Positions 39,001 through 47,726 of a DNA stretch of 64,000 bases are shown here, piece by piece. The position numbers were made by a program, and so were the translations under genes. The DNA comes from Acidobacteriota bacterium (GTDB lineage Bacteria; Acidobacteriota; Blastocatellia; HR10): positions 37,464-101,463 of the forward strand of contig JAUQQC010000003.1 in assembly GCA_030550025.1 (NCBI GenBank), in the 5' to 3' direction. The notes under the pieces were generated by a model that had not been told where the DNA came from, made no database searches, and was given only the letters and a program-made list of their open reading frames with translations. Numbering within the stretch: the first letter of the stretch is position 1; each line of letters opens with the position of its first letter.

Positions 39001-39298
39001 TCCCGTCCTCGAAGATCACATATACATAGGAGTAGCCGAAGTCCGAGAATCCCCGAATGTCCTTCACCCGAGGCAATCCGAGTAGCGAGCTGATGATCGG
39101 ATAGGTGACCTGATCCTCGATGATGTCCGGGCTGCGATCCCAACGGGAATAGATGATCACTTGCGTGTCCGAGAGATCGGGGATGGCGTCCAACGTGATG
39201 TTGCGCATCGCGTGGAAGCCAATGAGCAAAGCCGCTCCGACGAGAAGGAAGACGAGGAAGCGATTGCGCGCGCAGAATTCGATGAGCTTCTCGATCAT
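36029..39298 (-). CDS. cusA: CusA/CzcA-family heavy-metal efflux RND transporter
   Basis: About 1089 aa. Begins MIEKLIEFCARNRFLVFLL, has 12-TM RND topology and large periplasmic loops. ATG at 39298 follows GGAGGGAG, 16 nt after the cusB stop. Confidence 0.9.
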   Translation of the reverse strand: MIEKLIEFCARNRFLVFLLVGAALLIGFHAMRNITLDAIPDLSDTQVIIYSRWDRSPDIIEDQVTYPIISSLLGLPRVKDIRGFSDFGYSYVYVIFEDGTDIYWARSRTLEYLSSILPRLPEGVQVELAKDATAVGWVFQYALVDTTGKRSVAELRALQDWYLRYELQSVPGVAEVAPVGGFVRQYQVNLDPNALLAYRVPLDAVVRAIRQGNNDVGGRLIEFSGREYMVRGRGYIRSLRDVENIVVGVNPETGVPILVKHLGTVALGPDLRRGIAELDGEGETVGGIVIMRYGENALKVIERVKARLAEIERGLPEGVRIVTTYDRSELILRSIATLKRTLIEELAIVSVVILIFLWHIPSAIIPIITIPIAVLLSFIPMYAMKLTANIMSLGGIAIAIGAMVDAAIVVVEQTHKRLEQWEAAGRPGDFRDVVIRAVKEVGRPSFFALLVIAVSFMPVFALEAQEGRLFKPLAFTKNFAMAIAAVLAITLDPAIRLLFTHMREFTFRPRVLCRLINAILVGKIHSEEKHPISRLLMRLYHPVVEWVLRHPWMTIASAVLLVLLTIPVFFRLGSEFMPPLDEGVLLYMPTTLPGISVTEAQKLLQVQDKILKSFPEVERVFGKAGRAETATDPAPFSMIETVIVLKPPDQWPKKPRWYSDWAPEWLQGILRRIWPDRKTSEELIYGPGGLNEALQLPGVVNAWTMPIKARLDMLTTGVRTPVGIKILGHDLNTIQEIGQRIEGVLRDVPGTTSVFAERTAGGYFLDFALKREELARYGLTVEEAQRVILSAIGGENVTMTVEGRERYPINVRYLRDYRSTLDRLGRVLVPTPNGAQIPLMQVADIKLLSGPGMIRDENGRLSGYVYVDVSGRDIGGYVEEAKRIVREKVPLPPGYTLVWSGQYEHMQRVKERLKLVVPITLLIIFLLLYFNTRSTTKTIIVMLAVPFSAVGAIWLLYLLDYNLSIAVWVGLIALLGVDAETGVFMLLYLDLAYEEMRSQGLMRTRAHLREAIHYGAVKRLRPKFMTVATMFIALLPIMWSTGTGADVMKRIAAPMIGGIFTSFVMELVVYPAIYFVWRWHFHLQKEAQA

Positions 39299-39314
39299 AA
39301 CCGTCTCCCTCCGC

Positions 39315-40874
39315 TCACGGCTTGTGCCCCGAATGCTCCTGCGGCCGTCTCGGCGAAACCTTCGGCTCGCCGCCCGTCGGCGCGCGGCCATGCTCGGCAT
39401 GGCTGATCCCCTGAAGGGCCGACTTAAGGCGACTCTCGGAATCAATGAGGAAGGTCCCGGAGGTGACGATCCGCTCTCCCGCCTTCAATCCCTCCAGGAT
39501 GATGTACCGATCGCCCACCTTCGGCCCCACGCGCACCCGGCGCGGCTCGAAATACCCTCCTTCGTGGGCGACGAAGACGATCTGCTCCTCACCGGAATCG
39601 AGGACGGCCCCTTCGGGCACCCAAAGCTGCCGCCCATAATGGACGTGGAGCTCGACGTTCGTATACATGTCTGGCTTCAACGCGAAGTCGGGATTCGGGA
39701 ATTCCAGGCGAATCTTCACCGTGCGCGTCACGTTATCCACCTGCGGAGAGATGTAGGTGACCCGTCCGCGGAAGACCTTGCCGGGGAAGGCCGGCAGCGT
39801 CATCGTCGCCGTCTGGCCAACTCGGACCATCGGCACTTCGGACTCGTAGATGTCCGCGAGCACCCATACGGTCGAGAGATCGGCGATCACATAAAGCTCC
39901 GTCTCCGGTGTCACGCGCTGTCGTTCAAAAGCGTTCCGTGAGAGGACGAATCCACTCACCGGCGCGTAAAGCGTAAGTGTCCGAGACGGTTGACCACGCT
40001 GATGAATCCGTCGGATGTCCGCTTCGGGGATGTCCCATAATTCCAATCGTCGCTTGCTCGCCTCATAGAGCGAATCCGCAGCGGCGGCGATCTCTCGATA
40101 GGCGCTTCGACCGAGCGTCTCCTTCGCCCGCAGCGCCAGCAAATACTCCTGCTGCGTCGCCACCAACTCTGGACTATACAGCTCGACAAGTGGCTCTCCC
40201 TTCCGAACGAGCTTCCCAACGTAGTCCGCATGGACCTTCTCGATCCACCCCTCGATCTTGGGATGTACGCGAGCGATCTTCGTCTCGTCGTAGGTAACCT
40301 TCCCGACGGTCCGAATCGTGTGGACGACCGGCCCGAACATCACCTCGCCATAGGCGACGCCAATGAGCTGCTGCTTGATGGGGTCGATGCGCACAGTCCC
40401 AAAAGGAAAGGTCACCCCCGCCATCTCCCCAGCGGGTTCCTGAGCCATGCCTTTCGGCGAGGATTCCAAGGGCACAAGCGTCATCCCGCAGATCGGGCAT
40501 TCGCCCGGTCGCTCGGACTTGTACTCGGGATGCATCGGACAGTAGTAGATCGTCTTCGCGACTGAGCGCGACGCCCCTTCGTCGCGCTTCAACCACATTC
40601 CGAGTCGTGTTCGCTGCAGCTCCTCGCGATACCGGTACGCAACCCCCATCGCCAGGAGTGCGAGAAGAAGCGCACTGCCACCCCAAAAGCGCCGTGAGCC
40701 CCAGCGCCTCCTCCGTATCCCCTGTCCTCCGCGTGTTCCCTCACCGTCCGGAGATGTCGGTGAGGGGGGCGGATCCACCGCTTCGCGGTTTGACGCAGAG
40801 GCGTGAGCCGCCCAGAGCACCCCCAAGGGGTCTTCCTCAGATGATCTCCATGGCGTGCGCGATTCTCTCTCCAT
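39315..40874 (-). CDS. cusB: RND periplasmic adaptor (CusB-like) with N-terminal CPMH-type metal-binding module
   Basis: Contains YYCPMHPEYKSERPGECPICGMTLVP, then membrane-fusion-protein barrel and lipoyl regions. ATG at 40874 lies 6 nt after AGGAGG. Confidence 0.85.
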   Translation of the reverse strand: MERESRTPWRSSEEDPLGVLWAAHASASNREAVDPPPSPTSPDGEGTRGGQGIRRRRWGSRRFWGGSALLLALLAMGVAYRYREELQRTRLGMWLKRDEGASRSVAKTIYYCPMHPEYKSERPGECPICGMTLVPLESSPKGMAQEPAGEMAGVTFPFGTVRIDPIKQQLIGVAYGEVMFGPVVHTIRTVGKVTYDETKIARVHPKIEGWIEKVHADYVGKLVRKGEPLVELYSPELVATQQEYLLALRAKETLGRSAYREIAAAADSLYEASKRRLELWDIPEADIRRIHQRGQPSRTLTLYAPVSGFVLSRNAFERQRVTPETELYVIADLSTVWVLADIYESEVPMVRVGQTATMTLPAFPGKVFRGRVTYISPQVDNVTRTVKIRLEFPNPDFALKPDMYTNVELHVHYGRQLWVPEGAVLDSGEEQIVFVAHEGGYFEPRRVRVGPKVGDRYIILEGLKAGERIVTSGTFLIDSESRLKSALQGISHAEHGRAPTGGEPKVSPRRPQEHSGHKP

Positions 40875-40929
40875 CGCTTCCCTCCTCACGGCCCAAGAAC
40901 CCTCCCATCGGGAACGTCATCTCGCGATT

Positions 40930-42375
40930 TCATCTCACCAGCTCTCTCCCGATGAGTGGCTCCAGTTGAGCCAACGATTTTTGAAAAGTCACGAGTTGCT
41001 CGTAGTAACTGGTCTCATAAGTGAGCACTGTGATGAGATTCGTAATGAGCGTCAGGAAATCCACCGCCCCGACCTGGTATGCCGCGATGGAAGACTCCAA
41101 CGCCAAGGTCGCTTGGGGGATGATCCCTTCCTCATAGAGTCGAAGGAGCCGATCGGCCGTCACCGCCATCAAATATAGGTCTTTCACGCGGAAGAAGAGC
41201 TGCGCGCGAATCCCCTCATGTCGTCGTCGGGCCTGAGTCCATTCGGCACTCGCCTCGTCGAGCGCCGGTCGCTGCTTCCGCCAAAAATACAGCGGGAGTC
41301 TCACGCTGATGCTGAGGCCCCACATCTCCGGCATCGCCGGCCGTTGCATGTATTGGAAGCCCACGGCGAAATCGGGATAGAACTCCTTCTGCGCGAGCGC
41401 GATCTGATAGTGGCGGCTGTCCATCACCCGCTCTTGCTGCTTCAGCTCGGGAGAATCGGCGGCGGCCATCCGATACAACTCTTCGAGCGAAAAGGTGAGC
41501 GTGCCTTTCTTCACTTCGGCCACCCGTCCAAGGGGCGTCTCTGGCGGGCGATTCAACAGGGCGTTGATGAGCGCGACGGTGCTCTCCCGTCGCTGCTCCA
41601 AAACCGCCAGTCGTTCCAGCAGGATCGAGAGCTCCGTCTGTGCCTTGAGGACATCCGCCTGCGCCGCCTTCCCCACCTGATAGCGCGCCTCGGCGATCTT
41701 GAGGAACTGTTCGAGCAAACCTTTGATTCGTTGGACGATCTCCAAGGACTTGTCCACGAAGTACAATTCGTAATACGCCACCTTCAGCTCGGAGACCACG
41801 CGACGCCAGGTCTGCTCGTAGCTCCATCGCTCGGCCTCCGCTTCCAAAGTGGCGATTTTCCCCCGGAGAGCGAGCTTCCCAGGGAACGGGATCTCCTGCA
41901 GGATGCTCACCATGCGCGCGCTGGATGGATCTCCGACCTGTACGGAGAACGGAAGCAGATTCCCCACCGAAGCGATCGAGAGCGTGGGCTCTGGTGGCGC
42001 CGACACCTGCGAGACCCGGGCCAGGCGAGCATCATAACGTCGCCGAGCTTCGAGGACCTCCGGATTGGCGCGCAACGCCTCGGCGATCAATTCCTCGAGC
42101 GTGATGAGAGGCTGCTCGGCAGACGCGGCGTCTGGTCCTCCCCCCTCGCGCCTCAATACAGCGAAGTTCACCGAGGGATTCTGCCTCGCCTGCTCTCTCC
42201 CCGGATTCGCCAATGATTCGACCGATTGCCCATAGCGAAGCGGCGCGCAAACGCCGAGGAGGAGGATTCCGATCATCCAGCTTCCCCTCCAACGGTTCGG
42301 ATGGAGACGAAAACGCCGATCCACATGGATTCGCTTCGCCTCGTGAGAAGGCTTTGCGCTCGTGCGTCTCCTCAT
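40930..42375 (-). CDS. cusC: TolC-family outer membrane efflux protein (CusC-like)
   Basis: Two OEP repeats (LTLEELIAEALRANPEVLEARRRYDA..., LSLEELYRMAAADSPELKQQERVMD...). The start is uncertain: 42375, 42276 or 42465. Confidence 0.8.
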   Translation of the reverse strand: MRRRTSAKPSHEAKRIHVDRRFRLHPNRWRGSWMIGILLLGVCAPLRYGQSVESLANPGREQARQNPSVNFAVLRREGGGPDAASAEQPLITLEELIAEALRANPEVLEARRRYDARLARVSQVSAPPEPTLSIASVGNLLPFSVQVGDPSSARMVSILQEIPFPGKLALRGKIATLEAEAERWSYEQTWRRVVSELKVAYYELYFVDKSLEIVQRIKGLLEQFLKIAEARYQVGKAAQADVLKAQTELSILLERLAVLEQRRESTVALINALLNRPPETPLGRVAEVKKGTLTFSLEELYRMAAADSPELKQQERVMDSRHYQIALAQKEFYPDFAVGFQYMQRPAMPEMWGLSISVRLPLYFWRKQRPALDEASAEWTQARRRHEGIRAQLFFRVKDLYLMAVTADRLLRLYEEGIIPQATLALESSIAAYQVGAVDFLTLITNLITVLTYETSYYEQLVTFQKSLAQLEPLIGRELVR

Positions 42376-42500
42376 TGTCATCGCCTCCGAATTCGAGAAG
42401 CCCCTCGCGCGCTTTTCGCACGCGCAGCGGGATGAGACCTCAGCAAGAGGGATGAATCGCCGCACGAAGGCGGCCGATCACCTGCGGAGATGCAAAGATG

Positions 42501-42923
42501 CTAAATGCGCAAGACGGCAAAACGGAGATAAATCGGAGGAGCCACGGAGAAGAGATCGTCCGATGAGGCGCGCTCTTTCACAGGCGGAGATGTTCCGTTG
42601 GGGACGACATCCACCGAACCCTTCCCTTCCCTCTCCTGAAGGGGCGGAGACGTCGAGATCGCCTCGCCGGACGCCCGTGCTGAAGCTGAGGGGAGGAGAC
42701 AACACGGACGAGCCCCCACATCCCTCCAGGAACGAACCAGCGTCCCCGGGGAGGCCTCGCATGCCATCGGACTCACAAGACGCGCTGGTTCCAACTCGCC
42801 AGGGCGATGACAACAACAACGGACAAGAGGCATCGCGCACAACGATCGCGCGCACAAGACCACCGCCCGCCCCACGCCACCACTTGCGAGAAGTATCAAC
42901 GCGATCGTGAAGGCTCGCTTCAT
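42501..42923 (-). CDS. candidate small secreted Cys-rich protein upstream of cusC (weak call)
   Basis: Begins MKRAFTIALILLASGGVGRA (signal-like), then LCARSLCAMPLVRCCCHRPGE...ARPCC. No convincing RBS. Third-position GC of about 68% is compatible with coding but does not prove it. Confidence 0.25.
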   Translation of the reverse strand: MKRAFTIALILLASGGVGRAVVLCARSLCAMPLVRCCCHRPGELEPARLVSPMACEASPGTLVRSWRDVGARPCCLLPSASARASGEAISTSPPLQEREGKGSVDVVPNGTSPPVKERASSDDLFSVAPPIYLRFAVLRI

Positions 42924-43007
42924 CACGCTGGGAGAGTGTATCCCTTCACCCCCTTCTCTGTCAAGTTCGATGCGTGAAGGGGCATTCCCGAGATTCATGC
43001 GAAGGAA

Positions 43008-43037
43008 TTGCTGTCGCGGTGATGTCACGGCTATAAT
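43008..43037 (+). promoter_or_regulatory. candidate sigma70 promoter TTGCTG-N18-TATAAT
   Basis: TATAAT at 43032-43037 is only 12 nt before the ATG at 43050, implying a very short leader or none. Confidence 0.4.
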
Positions 43038-43049
43038 GTGAGCGCGTTT

Positions 43050-43610
43050 ATGCGCATCACGAAGGTGTACACGCGAACAGGCGATCGAGGGGAGACCTCG
43101 CTCGTTGGAGGTCGGCGCGTGCGGAAGGATTCCGCGCGCGTCGAAGCCTATGGGGATGTGGACGAGTTGAATTCGCTTCTTGGCCTCGTGCGCGCGCATA
43201 TGGCGGATTCTCCGGTGAATCGGCTTCTGGGCGAGATTCAAAACGAGCTGTTCACCGTCGGAGCCGACTTGGCCAGTCCGCTTGAGGTCAAAGCACCGCG
43301 CATTGAGCCGGATCATATCGCGCGCTTGGAGCAAGCGATAGACGCATGGAACAGCGCGCTCCCTCCCCTGCGGGAATTCATCCTGCCCGGAGGCGCTGTG
43401 CCGGGTGCCCTATTGCATCTGGCGCGCGCCGTCGCACGCCGCGCCGAACGGCGCGTCGTACGGCTGGCGGCCGAGGAGCCGATCAACGAACACGTCCTCG
43501 TCTATCTGAACCGCCTCTCCGATCTCCTCTTCGTCTTGGCCCGCGTGGTCAACCGCGAGACTCACGCGATCGAAGAGGAAGCGCGCTTTGGATCCCCCCC
43601 TCCCCCATGA
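43050..43610 (+). CDS. PduO-type ATP:cob(I)alamin adenosyltransferase
   Basis: Contains MRITKVYTRTGDRGETSL..., VEAYGDVDELNSLLGL, IQNELFTVGADLA, FILPGG and ARAVARRAER. Confidence 0.85.
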   Translation: MRITKVYTRTGDRGETSLVGGRRVRKDSARVEAYGDVDELNSLLGLVRAHMADSPVNRLLGEIQNELFTVGADLASPLEVKAPRIEPDHIARLEQAIDAWNSALPPLREFILPGGAVPGALLHLARAVARRAERRVVRLAAEEPINEHVLVYLNRLSDLLFVLARVVNRETHAIEEEARFGSPPPP

Positions 43611-43698
43611 GCCCATCGCGGGGAGAACTCGCCCCTCTTCGGTCACATGGAGATCGCGACGAGAGCGGTAAGCTTCGGCGGCACACGGCTGATGAGCG

Positions 43699-45831
43699 AT
43701 GACGAACGAACGACGGTGGGTTCGCATCGGAGTCACCGTGGAAGAGAATGGCGTGTGCGCCGTAGCGCTCGATCACGAGACGTCGGAGGTGATCGCTGCT
43801 CATCACGCGCGCCCGCAGGGCCCCACCGGATCGCTCGCGACATGGGCGCTTCGCGCTGAAGAGATCCGACTCGCTCTTCACGCCCTCCTCTCGAAAGGCG
43901 ATTTTTCACAGGAACGCGTCCTCGGTCTCTCGTTTGGGACGACTCTCGGCGTGGACGCGGCCTTGCAAGCTCGCTCAGCGTTCATCGGTCTTCTGGACCT
44001 CGATCCGCCGACGGAGCGTCCATCAGGCGAAGAGGAGACGGCGCCGTTGTTCTCGGGATCTTCGGCTCACATCGCGCGTCTGAACGTGCGCTCGCGCGAT
44101 CTGGAGGAGAACGGGCTCGACGCGCTTTACGTTCTCCGCGCGCGTGGAGCGATGGGCATCGTCCTCAATCCGGGCGAGCGTTCCAATACCCACGCGGTGT
44201 GGACGCTTCTCGAATCTCGTTCGCGCCTCGGTCTTCCGATGTGCAGCGTCTCGGAGTTCTCCGCGGATGCGGATCCGACGCTTCGGCTTCACGCAGCGAT
44301 CGGCTTGGTGACAGCTCTAGACGAGGTCTTCAAGGCCGGCGAGCTCCTCGGTCGAAGTGCGCAGGGAATGGGCCTTCGCGCACCGCTCTTCATTGTTCGC
44401 AACGATGGGGGACTGATCCCGTGGAAGGCACTCCTCCATCGTCCCACGCTCGGCTTCCTCTCTGGACCTGTCGCCGGATTGCTCGGCGCGCTGCATCAGG
44501 GGAAGATTCGAGAGGGGATCATCGCCCAAATGGGACGAAGCTCCACGCAGATTGCGATGGTTCGCCAGGGACGGCCATTCGATGGGGAGGCGGAACTGGC
44601 ACACGGGCGCGTGCCTCTTCGTGCGCTCGAACTCCTCTCGCTCGCCGTGGGGAGCGAAAGCCTGGTGCGTTTTCGACGTGGGATGATCGCGGGCGTCGGC
44701 CCGTGGAGCACCACGGGGCTAGGGATCGCTCCCGTTCGAGAAGCGCCGCAAGAGATGTTGGACGGCGCGCGTGTAACCGGGTTCGCCCCGGCATCCGAGC
44801 ACGCGGAAGAGGTCTTGCTCCTGGTCGCCCGCGATGGGCGTCAGTATGCGCTCACGGTCGGGGATGCCGCGCTCTGCCTGGGACTCTCAATCTCCGACGA
44901 GACGAGTGAGCGACGGGCGGCCGCCCGAAAAGCCTTCGAGGGCCTCGCGGCGCGGCTCGCGCTCGCTCCCGAAGATGTGGCCGAACTGGTGCTTGAACGC
45001 GCGACGCAGGCGCTTGCGAACGCGATTCAAAAAGTCTTACATCGGCATCCACAATTTCCCCCTCCACCCCTTGTCGGGACGGGCGCATCGGCCCCACTCT
45101 TTCTGCCACTCCTCTCGCAGCGGCTTAGACTCCCTTCCCTCCTTCTTGAGCACGGCGAGTTCATGGGGGCGTTCGGCGCAGCCCTCGTCGATCTTCAGGA
45201 GACGATCGAACGCCAGCTCGCATACCCAGAGGAGGTGGAACGCTTGCGCCGAGAAGCCGAACACGCGCTTCTCGCATATGGCGCTGAGCGCTCGTCGCTT
45301 GTGACGGACGTGCGTTGGGATCCGCGCACCTCACAGGCGCGTCTCACGGTGACGGGGAAGGTAAGCCCACATCCCGAGCAACCCTCCCCCCACGTGACGC
45401 CAGATCAGCGATGGGCCCTGGCCGCTCGCTTGATGGGCGTCCCGGAAGATCGCGCGGAGTTAGTAGCGGAAACCGAAGGATTCGAGCTTTACCGAGGACG
45501 CGCCGCGACTCGCCGCTTCTTCAAACGGCGAGAGACTTCGACGGTGAGAGCCTGCATATGCGACAAGGAAGGGAAGGTGACGCTCGCTCTGGAAGAGGCG
45601 ACAATCCTCATGACGACTGTGGAAGAGGCAGCCCCCATCCTCGCCCGTTTCTTCGAGCGTGAACCAGCGACTGCCCGCCCGATGCGCCGTTATCTCTTGG
45701 CGGCGATGCAACTCCTCGACCTCTCGCACGCAGCCTCTTTGGAGCAAGCACAGCGATGGGTCGAACGCGCCCTATGCGGCCTTTCGCGCGCGGAGCCGGT
45801 CTTTCTGATCGAAGGGCATTGCCGAGAATGA
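43699..45831 (+). CDS. hydantoinase/oxoprolinase-like (ASKHA fold) protein with degenerate nucleotide-binding motifs and a C-terminal extension
   Basis: LSGPVAGLLGA and LVGTGASAPLF...GAFGAAL resemble the hydantoinase_A family. The expected DxGGT motifs instead read RIGVTVEENG and QMGRSSTQ. There are about 200 extra C-terminal residues. Confidence 0.55.
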   Translation: MTNERRWVRIGVTVEENGVCAVALDHETSEVIAAHHARPQGPTGSLATWALRAEEIRLALHALLSKGDFSQERVLGLSFGTTLGVDAALQARSAFIGLLDLDPPTERPSGEEETAPLFSGSSAHIARLNVRSRDLEENGLDALYVLRARGAMGIVLNPGERSNTHAVWTLLESRSRLGLPMCSVSEFSADADPTLRLHAAIGLVTALDEVFKAGELLGRSAQGMGLRAPLFIVRNDGGLIPWKALLHRPTLGFLSGPVAGLLGALHQGKIREGIIAQMGRSSTQIAMVRQGRPFDGEAELAHGRVPLRALELLSLAVGSESLVRFRRGMIAGVGPWSTTGLGIAPVREAPQEMLDGARVTGFAPASEHAEEVLLLVARDGRQYALTVGDAALCLGLSISDETSERRAAARKAFEGLAARLALAPEDVAELVLERATQALANAIQKVLHRHPQFPPPPLVGTGASAPLFLPLLSQRLRLPSLLLEHGEFMGAFGAALVDLQETIERQLAYPEEVERLRREAEHALLAYGAERSSLVTDVRWDPRTSQARLTVTGKVSPHPEQPSPHVTPDQRWALAARLMGVPEDRAELVAETEGFELYRGRAATRRFFKRRETSTVRACICDKEGKVTLALEEATILMTTVEEAAPILARFFEREPATARPMRRYLLAAMQLLDLSHAASLEQAQRWVERALCGLSRAEPVFLIEGHCRE

Positions 45832-45889
45832 GTCGTTCCGCTTGCGCGCGCAGCCGACGATGGGGCCCCCGGCGGCGCACGGGATCCCG

Positions 45890-45919
45890 TTGACAAACGC
45901 ACGGCGCGCCGCGTACGAT
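45890..45919 (+). promoter_or_regulatory. candidate sigma70 promoter TTGACA-N18-TACGAT
   Basis: Read directly from the sequence, about 45 nt upstream of the ROK kinase start. Confidence 0.4.
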
Positions 45920-45963
45920 GCGCGTCTTTATGCGAACACGCCTCGGAAAGGAGAAGGCCGGAG

Positions 45964-46929
45964 ATGAGTAATGGACGAGCCATCATCGGCGTCGACATCG
46001 GGGGGACAAAGATCGCCACCGGGGTCGTTTGCGGCACGCGCGTGATCGAACGCGTCGTCCTCCCCACCCCAGCGGATCGGCCGAAGGAAGAGGTGCTGCA
46101 TCAGGTCTTCGCCTCCGTGGACCTCGTCCTCGAACGTGCGGGCCGTCACATCGAGGAGATCGACGGCATTGGCGTCGTCGCCCCCGGCCCCCTCGATCCG
46201 CGAACGGGCGAGTTGCTCTACTCCCCGAATATCCCGGCCTTGAGGGATATCCCCCTCGCTCGCCTCATGCGCGAGCGCTACGGCCGACCCGTCCTCATTG
46301 AGAACGATGCCAACGCCGCGGGGCTCGCTGAAGCCCTCTTCGGAGCGGGGGCCGGATATGCGCATGTCTTCTATGTCACCGTGAGCACTGGAATCGGAAC
46401 GGGCGTCATCCTCGGCGGCAAAATCTACGGCGGACGAACCGGCATGGCCGTCGAAGCCGGACACGTGACCATTGATTACGAAGGACCGCTCTGCAACTGC
46501 GGCCATCGGGGGTGCATCGAAGCTTTCGCTTCGGGCACGGCCATCACCCGGCGGACGAAGGAGAAGTTGCGCCAAGCGACGACGCCCTCGCATCTGCTCG
46601 ATCTCGTCGCCGGAGATCTGGAAGCCATCACGCCCGTCGTCGTGGGCGAAGCGGCTCGACGCGGTGATCCGCTCGCTCTGGAGATCGTCGAGGAGACGGC
46701 GCGCTTCCTGAGCATTTGGCTCGGGGGAATGATCAACGTCTTCGATCCCGACATCATCATCCTGGGCGGAGGGGTCTCACAATGGAGCGATCTCCTATTC
46801 CCTCGCCTGCGCCAGCTCACACCGATGTACTCGATCCTACCGCGCGCGGCGGAAGTCGCCATTGTCCCCGCCCGTTTGGAAGCCGACGTCGGTATTCTCG
46901 GCGCAGCCGCGCTCTTCGCCGCCACGTGA
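45964..46929 (+). CDS. ROK family sugar kinase (glucokinase-like)
   Basis: Contains IIGVDIGGTKIATGVV, ENDANAAGLAE, the zinc motif CNCGHRGCIEAFASG, and ILGGGVS. RBS GGAGAAGG. Confidence 0.85.
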   Translation: MSNGRAIIGVDIGGTKIATGVVCGTRVIERVVLPTPADRPKEEVLHQVFASVDLVLERAGRHIEEIDGIGVVAPGPLDPRTGELLYSPNIPALRDIPLARLMRERYGRPVLIENDANAAGLAEALFGAGAGYAHVFYVTVSTGIGTGVILGGKIYGGRTGMAVEAGHVTIDYEGPLCNCGHRGCIEAFASGTAITRRTKEKLRQATTPSHLLDLVAGDLEAITPVVVGEAARRGDPLALEIVEETARFLSIWLGGMINVFDPDIIILGGGVSQWSDLLFPRLRQLTPMYSILPRAAEVAIVPARLEADVGILGAAALFAAT

Positions 46930-46938
46930 ACGCACAGC

Positions 46939-47565
46939 TCATACTTTCAAACTCACCGAGACGCCATCTCGTAGGGGAACGATCGTCGTCAGCAACTCTG
47001 GCGACGAGAAGAGCAACCGATTGAACTCCCGAATCGCCGCGGTCTCCCGGTCGGTCTCCCCACGAGCGACGCGCCCACCCCATAGGACATTGTCCGCCAC
47101 GAGCAAGCCGCCGCGCCGTAGTCGGGGCACAGCTTTGTGAAAGACGTCCGGATATTGATGCTTGTCCACGTCGTTGAAGATCAGATCGAATTCCCCCTCC
47201 ACCTGATCCAAGAGCTTCAACGCATCGCCGACCAGAATCCGAATCCGATCGGCAACACCCGCGCGCCGAAAATACCCGAGCGCCTCGCGCGCATTGGTCG
47301 GATCGCTATCGGTGTAGTACACGACTCCATCTTCAGGGACGGCCAAGGCCAACCACAGCGTCGAGTACCCGATCGCCGATCCCATCTCGAAGATTCGTCG
47401 CGCGCCGATCATGCGCGCCAGCTGATGCAACCACCGGCCCACGATCGGGCCGACAATGGGAATGCGCCGCTCGCGAGCTACGTCCTCTTGTTCGAGGAGC
47501 ACATCGAGGCGATCGGGCGTCAGACTCTCCAAATACCGAGCAACGTCCTCATACAGGATACCCAT
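46939..47565 (-). CDS. class I SAM-dependent O-methyltransferase (COG4122-like)
   Basis: Contains RIFEMGSAIGYSTLWLA (motif I), IFNDVDK, and LLVADNVLWGGRV. ATG at 47565 follows AGGGGAG. Confidence 0.8.
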   Translation of the reverse strand: MGILYEDVARYLESLTPDRLDVLLEQEDVARERRIPIVGPIVGRWLHQLARMIGARRIFEMGSAIGYSTLWLALAVPEDGVVYYTDSDPTNAREALGYFRRAGVADRIRILVGDALKLLDQVEGEFDLIFNDVDKHQYPDVFHKAVPRLRRGGLLVADNVLWGGRVARGETDRETAAIREFNRLLFSSPELLTTIVPLRDGVSVSLKV

Positions 47566-47726
47566 GGGTGCTCCCCTCTTGCTCGGAAATAAGACGTGAA
47601 TCCATCGTCGAATCCGAAGACGGATACTTTGGCAGAGGCCGGCTCCGAAAGCAAGGGACACCTACACAGCCACAAGAAGAGCGGCCCTGCACTCCCCTCG
47701 CGCCAGCCGAACCCGCGACGAACAGT

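Noticed and set aside
42362-42910. 182 aa plus-strand ORF and 42478-42855 minus-strand ORF in the cusC upstream region
   Set aside because: Their composition is low-complexity and Arg/Pro/Ser-rich, with no signal peptide, RBS or motifs. Only the frame starting MKRAFTIALILL was kept, and only as a weak candidate.
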